A stretch of 32,000 nucleotides of DNA from Candidatus Nitrosopumilus koreensis AR1 (GTDB taxonomy: Archaea > Thermoproteota > Nitrososphaeria > Nitrososphaerales > Nitrosopumilaceae). Position numbers and translations under genes: made by a program. Shown in pieces: positions 27,482-32,000 of the stretch (position 1 is the first letter of the stretch; each line of letters opens with the position of its first letter). The notes beneath the pieces are model-generated. The model had not been told where the DNA came from. It ran no database searches and saw only the letters and a list, made by a program, of their open reading frames with translations. Location: assembly GCF_000299365.1 (NCBI RefSeq), contig NC_018655.1, forward strand, positions 90,001 to 122,000, in the 5' to 3' direction.

Positions 27482-28001
27482 TTCCAAAATCCAAATTTCG
27501 GTAAATGCAATCAAAGGTAAAATTGCCGAAGAGATTGCAAAACAAGATTATCTAAGAAACGGATTTGAAATTCAAGAAACAGGAATTGGAAGTGACTTTA
27601 TTGCAGTAAAGAAAACAAACGATACCATCTACAAAGAATACGTAGATGTAAAGTCCGGCAATGCAAGACTGACCAAGAAACAAAAAGAAACTAAAAATCA
27701 ATTAAGAAAAGAAAACATCTGTTACTCCATATATCGTGTTACAAACCAACATCTAGAATTCCAAATTCAAAATAATCCTCAATTGCAACAACTTTGCCAA
27801 TACTTGGGATTTGACATTTCTCAATATGCCGGAGTGTTTGTTATTCAGGATCCAACTAGTTGTCCTAATTGCGGGTTAGGCGGTGAAGGCTTGCAAGAAA
27901 TTCTATCAAAGTTTGGACTACGCAACATGGGAAATGGAACTGTCAGAGTTCAATCTTGGTGTAGAAATTGCAGGAACTATTCAAGGAGAGGAAAAAAATG
28001 A
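27474..28001 (+). CDS. PD-(D/E)XK-type nuclease-like protein with C-terminal zinc ribbon
   Basis: NAIKGKIAEEIAKQDYLRNGFEIQETGIGSDFIAVKKT...YKEYVDVKSGNARLTKKQKE (E..., GSDF, VDVKSG core), then CPNCGL...SWCRNCRN. GGAGGT at 27460-27465 favours the TTG start at 27474 over 27465. Confidence 0.65.
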   Translation: MSNSKIQISVNAIKGKIAEEIAKQDYLRNGFEIQETGIGSDFIAVKKTNDTIYKEYVDVKSGNARLTKKQKETKNQLRKENICYSIYRVTNQHLEFQIQNNPQLQQLCQYLGFDISQYAGVFVIQDPTSCPNCGLGGEGLQEILSKFGLRNMGNGTVRVQSWCRNCRNYSRRGKK

Positions 28002-28156
28002 GATGCAAACTATGCAATTCAGTTCACAAGAATACTTCTAGATACCAATCATGGATTGAACATCAGATATGTCGTACATGCTCTTATGTATTGGATATCT
28101 TTTCTTGGAACTCAAATTATCTTAAAGAGTATTGGGAGGTATCTTTTGCTTCCTGA
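27998..28156 (+). CDS. Small zinc-ribbon protein (52 aa)
   Basis: MRCKLCNSVHKNTSRYQSWIEHQICRTCSYVLDIF (CxxC...CxxC). The ATG overlaps the preceding TGA (ATGA) and follows AAGGAGAGG. Confidence 0.55.
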   Translation: MRCKLCNSVHKNTSRYQSWIEHQICRTCSYVLDIFSWNSNYLKEYWEVSFAS

Positions 28157-28415
28157 ATTAATTCCGTCTGTCTCTAGGCATTTTTTGTATTCTATACTAG
28201 AAGATAATCACAAAAGTGGAATGGCAATAATAGAAACCATGGCAGAAGCCCGTCCTGAAGAAATAGGAGAATTTTTGTCTTCCCTAGCTAATTGCCTTGT
28301 TTCTTATTTCTACCAATTAGAAACAGGCTTTAGTGATTACGAGAAAATTCGAATTCAGGCACTAAAAGCACTAAAGAATCCTGATTATGAGGATAACGTG
28401 GAGGAGTGTAATTGA
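28146..28415 (+). CDS. Small helical hypothetical protein (89 aa)
   Basis: GGAGGT (28135-28140), then 5 nt, then TTG at 28146: LPELIPSVSRHFLYSILEDNHKSGMAIIETMAEARPEEIGEFLSSLANCLVSYFYQLETG. The supplied ORF starts at 28056, which overlaps the Zn-ribbon gene heavily. Confidence 0.5.
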   Translation: MLPELIPSVSRHFLYSILEDNHKSGMAIIETMAEARPEEIGEFLSSLANCLVSYFYQLETGFSDYEKIRIQALKALKNPDYEDNVEECN

Positions 28416-28496
28416 ATTCAAACAAAATCAGATCAGATTATGAGGATCATAACTTTATACGCGTAGTATCATCAAAAAATATTGGAGGTTTTAATT

Positions 28497-29156
28497 TTGG
28501 AAACTAGTTTTTTTGACAAGTTAAAGCCATACAAACCAGAGCAGTACAGTTCGAATATCACATTAGACAAACTTGTAACTGTGGGATTGCTAAAATTGGA
28601 TGAAGCAAAAATCGAAAAAAGCTTTGACAATGTTGTGGTGATATTACATAAACTGTTCCCAGAAAAATTCTCGCTAATTACATATCCTCAATATCCTGAC
28701 TCCATTAGAGTTGATAACACACTTAGACTGGATGCAAAAAAACACAGCAAGTATCTTACAGGCAATAGGGTTCAAGGATACGAATTAACCAGTTTAGGAA
28801 AAATCACAGCTGAAGATACACTTGTACAACTAAGTTCATCTAATTCTAGAATAGTTAACAAAATCTCCGGAACTCAAAGAAATAGAGCAACAAGGGCAAT
28901 TGGAGGCGTAAGTAATTCTGATGCATTTAAAAAATATTCTACAAAACAATTTAAGGAAATTAACAGATTTGATGTATGTAGTTTTCTTCATGGAACATTA
29001 GAAACAGATAACGAGAAATTGTTAGCAAACCTCAAAGTCCTAAAGAGATTTGCAAAAGATATTGGAACTCTAAAAGAGTTTGAAGACATATCAAAACAAA
29101 CTTTAGAATTTTTTGATTATATTGAAAAGAATTGGGAGGAGTATTCTCATGACTAG
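28497..29156 (+). CDS. Uncharacterised protein, likely partner of the downstream GHKL ATPase
   Basis: GGAGGT at 28484-28489 followed by a TTG at 28497. ETSFFDKLKPYKPEQYSSNITLDKLVTVGLLKLDEAK...RFAKDIGTLKEFEDISKQTLEFFDYIEKNWEEYSHD. Its 3' end overlaps the ATPase start by 8 nt. Confidence 0.6.
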   Translation: METSFFDKLKPYKPEQYSSNITLDKLVTVGLLKLDEAKIEKSFDNVVVILHKLFPEKFSLITYPQYPDSIRVDNTLRLDAKKHSKYLTGNRVQGYELTSLGKITAEDTLVQLSSSNSRIVNKISGTQRNRATRAIGGVSNSDAFKKYSTKQFKEINRFDVCSFLHGTLETDNEKLLANLKVLKRFAKDIGTLKEFEDISKQTLEFFDYIEKNWEEYSHD

Positions 29157-31383
29157 AACTGGCAAAAAACTAATGGCATTAGATGACCGTCTTGTAAGTA
29201 GAATTCAAGAAAGGGGAACTAGGGGAAATGTAATTAAAAGTCTAGCTGAATTGGTCAAAAATTGTGATGATGCTTATGACAGATTAGAATTACAAGGAGA
29301 AAAGACAAGTGGAATTATAGAAATCGGTTATTGGAAATTACCAAAAGGCAAAGGGTTCAGTGTTTCAGGATTTTTTGTAAGGGACTTTGGTGCAGGAATG
29401 TCAACGGAGCAACTAACAAATGCTTACTTTAGTGAATCTCCAGACAAAGGAAACTATGGAAGTGACACTAGTGGAGATACTAGAAATGGTGCCATAGGGG
29501 TAGGCGGAAAGGACTGTTTCAAAAATATGGTCGATTGCCTAATTATTTCTGTTAAAGATAATCAGTTGACAGTTGCAGATATTGAAACAGATGTACGTAC
29601 AGATCGTCTAGCAAGCGAGATTATCTCAGGAGAAGATGCAACACCGTATTTGCAACAAGTAAATAACATGCTAAAAAATTCTGCCGAGTCAATTGACTTA
29701 TCTAAAAACCAAACATTTGCCATGTTCAGACTTCCTGAACATCATAGTGGTTCAAGAACAGATACTTTGGCCGAACAACTAACCAACTTTTACACTCTTA
29801 GATGGATTATGGAATCAAATATTCGTAAAGTGAAATTAATCGATGTAACAACTGGTCAAACATCAATATTAAAACACATTCCCACTCCAGGAGAAGTAAT
29901 TTTTGAAAAATCATTTACCATTCCGTATTCTAATATCGGTTATGACGTACTAGTACAAATCAAAAAATCTGAAACGGACTTGGATCATAAAAGTGACTTT
30001 GGGGAAAATATTCTGATAAAGGATAATCGAGGTGCAATTTTAGATAACAAACTGTTTGGATATGAATCGGATTCTGGTGCAAATAGAATATTTGGACAAG
30101 TTGTAATTAATGATTGGAAAAAACTTTACAGATTAGAAAAAGGAAAAATTCTAACTGATCAACGTGAAGGGCTAGATTATAATCACAAATTCAACAAACT
30201 TTTAGAACAGATAATCAGAACACACCTAAAACCGATTATTGATGCTGAGAAAGAAAAACAAGGCAGTAATCCTAGGCTTGAACAAGGCTTAGACAAGAAT
30301 ATCAAAAAAGCATTTGCGTTTATCAACAAAATTATGATGAAGGATCCTGATGCGGGAACTCATGAAGAAGAACTTCCTGATGTGCCCCCAGAAGGAATTG
30401 AATTTTCAAAACCATCATTAACAATTCCATTTGAAAAAACAAAAAAACTCAAATTATTGTTAAATCCCGGTAGAGTTCCAACTAATTCTGAAATTGCATT
30501 ACGAGTATTTGGTGAGGCAATCACAATAAGTCCTGAAAATTCCATTAGTGCTCCTGGAACATATGACGTAGATGTCCCATATGTGGAAATTGAAATTACA
30601 GGAAAGAAGTTAAACGCAAGAAGTACTCTAAAGGCCTATTTTGGGGAAATGGTGGCAGAAACAGAAATTTTTGTTGTGCCAGAACAATTTTTCCAGCCAA
30701 AACATGGTTTTGCATTTAAGCCCTCCAAAGCCAATTTGATTCCAAAAAAATCGCGAAAAATTAAACTTGTCATAGATACAAATCTTGTAGATCCGGGCAC
30801 ACCAATAGAGATCTCTTGTGATGATGAGAGAGTTGAATTTTCACCCAAAAAACTTACTGTTACAAATCCTCCAAATCTTGGCAAATATCTCACCGAAGAA
30901 ATAATAGAAATTTCATGTAGTAAACTGGGATTAAAGGCAAAGTTAGTTGCTGAAACAAAGACGAATGCAGGTGAAGACAGACAAGCAATATGTGAACTAG
31001 AAGTTAAAGAAAAAGAGCCTCCAAAACAATTTTTCAAAGACTATGAACTAGATCCTAAAGGAGAAAAAAGAGTTCGTTCAAGATTCAAAGATGGAATTAT
31101 CTATGTTCACGTAAATGCTCCTATTTTGTTATTCACTTTTGGTAGAAATCAAAAGAATCTCAGAGATAAGAAAGCAGAGGCCATCTTTATGTTGGCAGAT
31201 ACAGTTGTTCAGAGAATGGCAATGGAATGGGCAACATGGAAGGCCGATAATAATAAACTCGATATACTATCTGATAGAGCTACAGAAATTCAAGTTGAGA
31301 AAAACAGTATTGAATACGAATACGGTCTTCAAATTCATCAAATGATAGTTCAAGGATTTACAAAAAAACTAGAGGATCTTTAA
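29149..31383 (+). CDS. GHKL-family ATPase (MORC/Hsp90-like N-terminal domain) with Ig-like middle region and conserved helical C-terminus
   Basis: N box SLAELVKNCDDAYDRL; G1 FFVRDFGAGMSTEQL; G2-like NGAIGVGGKDCFKN; then beta-rich ISAPGTYDVDVPYVEIEITGKKL... repeats. The ATG at 29149 is preceded by GGGAGGAG (29134-29141). Confidence 0.75.
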   Translation: MTRTGKKLMALDDRLVSRIQERGTRGNVIKSLAELVKNCDDAYDRLELQGEKTSGIIEIGYWKLPKGKGFSVSGFFVRDFGAGMSTEQLTNAYFSESPDKGNYGSDTSGDTRNGAIGVGGKDCFKNMVDCLIISVKDNQLTVADIETDVRTDRLASEIISGEDATPYLQQVNNMLKNSAESIDLSKNQTFAMFRLPEHHSGSRTDTLAEQLTNFYTLRWIMESNIRKVKLIDVTTGQTSILKHIPTPGEVIFEKSFTIPYSNIGYDVLVQIKKSETDLDHKSDFGENILIKDNRGAILDNKLFGYESDSGANRIFGQVVINDWKKLYRLEKGKILTDQREGLDYNHKFNKLLEQIIRTHLKPIIDAEKEKQGSNPRLEQGLDKNIKKAFAFINKIMMKDPDAGTHEEELPDVPPEGIEFSKPSLTIPFEKTKKLKLLLNPGRVPTNSEIALRVFGEAITISPENSISAPGTYDVDVPYVEIEITGKKLNARSTLKAYFGEMVAETEIFVVPEQFFQPKHGFAFKPSKANLIPKKSRKIKLVIDTNLVDPGTPIEISCDDERVEFSPKKLTVTNPPNLGKYLTEEIIEISCSKLGLKAKLVAETKTNAGEDRQAICELEVKEKEPPKQFFKDYELDPKGEKRVRSRFKDGIIYVHVNAPILLFTFGRNQKNLRDKKAEAIFMLADTVVQRMAMEWATWKADNNKLDILSDRATEIQVEKNSIEYEYGLQIHQMIVQGFTKKLEDL

Positions 31384-31400
31384 TCGGTAAGGAATAAAAA

Positions 31401-31802
31401 ATGGATGCCAATCAAAAAGATTCTGCATTCCATATTGACATTAGTGATTTAGAGGAAATTGAAAAGAAAGAAAGAAAAAGAAAATACATCAATGAATATC
31501 AAAGAAAATATGCCAAAAGATCATATGTAAAAGATAAACTAAGCAAACAAAAACAAAACAAAACACTAACTGAAAAAATTAAGAAACTAGGAACAGAAGA
31601 TCCACATAGGATTTGTAAAAAATTGGGACGTACTAGAGCATACGGACGACGACATCCAGAATACTTTTACCGATGCTCAAAATGTGATGTGTCTTATTCA
31701 GATAAAGAAAAAGAGCATTTCTATAAAGAAAACAAATGCCCATGTTGCCATTTGATGTTAAGACAAAGGAAAACTGTTACTCAAAAGAAAAGTCTCAATT
31801 AA
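31401..31802 (+). CDS. Zinc-ribbon protein with basic N-terminal helix (putative nucleic-acid binding)
   Basis: KKERKRKYINEYQRKYAKRSYVKDKLSKQKQNK...HPEYFYRCSKCDVSYSDKEKEHFYKENKCPCCHLMLRQRK (CxxC...CxxC). Confidence 0.55.
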   Translation: MDANQKDSAFHIDISDLEEIEKKERKRKYINEYQRKYAKRSYVKDKLSKQKQNKTLTEKIKKLGTEDPHRICKKLGRTRAYGRRHPEYFYRCSKCDVSYSDKEKEHFYKENKCPCCHLMLRQRKTVTQKKSLN

Positions 31803-31909
31803 AGATCTAGTTATAAGTAACATTCAAAAATATGATATTCATACTTAGAGGCATACTAATAAGAATAGTTTGTAGATACACCTGCAGGAGGAGCCTCATC
31901 TCAAAATAA

Positions 31910-32000
31910 TTAGAATCGAACACTTCCTTGTTCATCAAAATCAAGATTAGAATTTATCTTTGCAATTATAGCTGAAATCAATACCAGAACTACACCTACA
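31910..32000 (-). CDS. 3' end of a protein with a C-terminal hydrophobic/TM segment (partial)
   Basis: Minus-strand translation VGVVLVLISAIIAKINSNLDFDEQGSVRF*; the rest lies outside the window. Confidence 0.35.
   Translation of the reverse strand, partial: VGVVLVLISAIIAKINSNLDFDEQGSVRF

Noticed and set aside
28056-28156. Frameshift joining the Zn-ribbon ORF (27968-28156) with ORF 28056-28415
   Set aside because: GGAGGT at 28135-28140 followed 5 nt later by an in-frame TTG at 28146 gives a straightforward separate coupled gene, and there is no long homopolymer at the junction. It is left open only as a check against orthologues.
1-32000. CRISPR array, rRNA or tRNA genes
   Set aside because: No regularly spaced repeats of 24-40 bp and no cloverleaf or TPsiC-like GGTTCRAATCC segments were seen while reading both strands. 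A tRNAscan or Infernal run would be needed to be certain.

Overview
The window looks like a marine ammonia-oxidizing (Thaumarchaeota / Nitrosopumilus-like) archaeal chromosome segment. This assignment comes from gene content and AT-rich codon usage; no database search was possible. It has three parts. (1) About 1-19.4 kb is a very AT-rich surface-glycan cluster. It holds gmhB, an sugar epimerase, an rfbC-like gene, a C-methyltransferase, rfbF, and a nonulosonic (sialic/pseudaminic/legionaminic-type) acid gene set: PseB-like, spsF-like, GNAT, neuB, DegT aminotransferase and a Pse-type methylase. Within it sits a striking Rieske + metallo-beta-lactamase + DUF1858-like protein with the domain order of CMP-Neu5Ac hydroxylase. 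Four genes in this part are broken by single-base indels at A/T homopolymers. (2) About 19.6-20.9 kb carries housekeeping genes (DUF59/MIP18 family, SDR), and mtnA lies just upstream. (3) From about 20.98 kb there is an accessory region. It contains an orphan large/small terminase pair in visibly higher-GC DNA, a SacI-palindrome repeat cluster, an RHH regulator operon, and a compact, mostly same-strand nuclease/ATPase island (about 26.4-31.8 kb). That island has PIN, DEDD exonuclease, PD-(D/E)XK + Zn-ribbon, small Zn-ribbon/helical proteins, an unknown partner and a 745-aa GHKL/MORC-like ATPase, with recurrent GGAGG + TTG starts. The island is the best candidate for an undescribed, possibly defensive, system.
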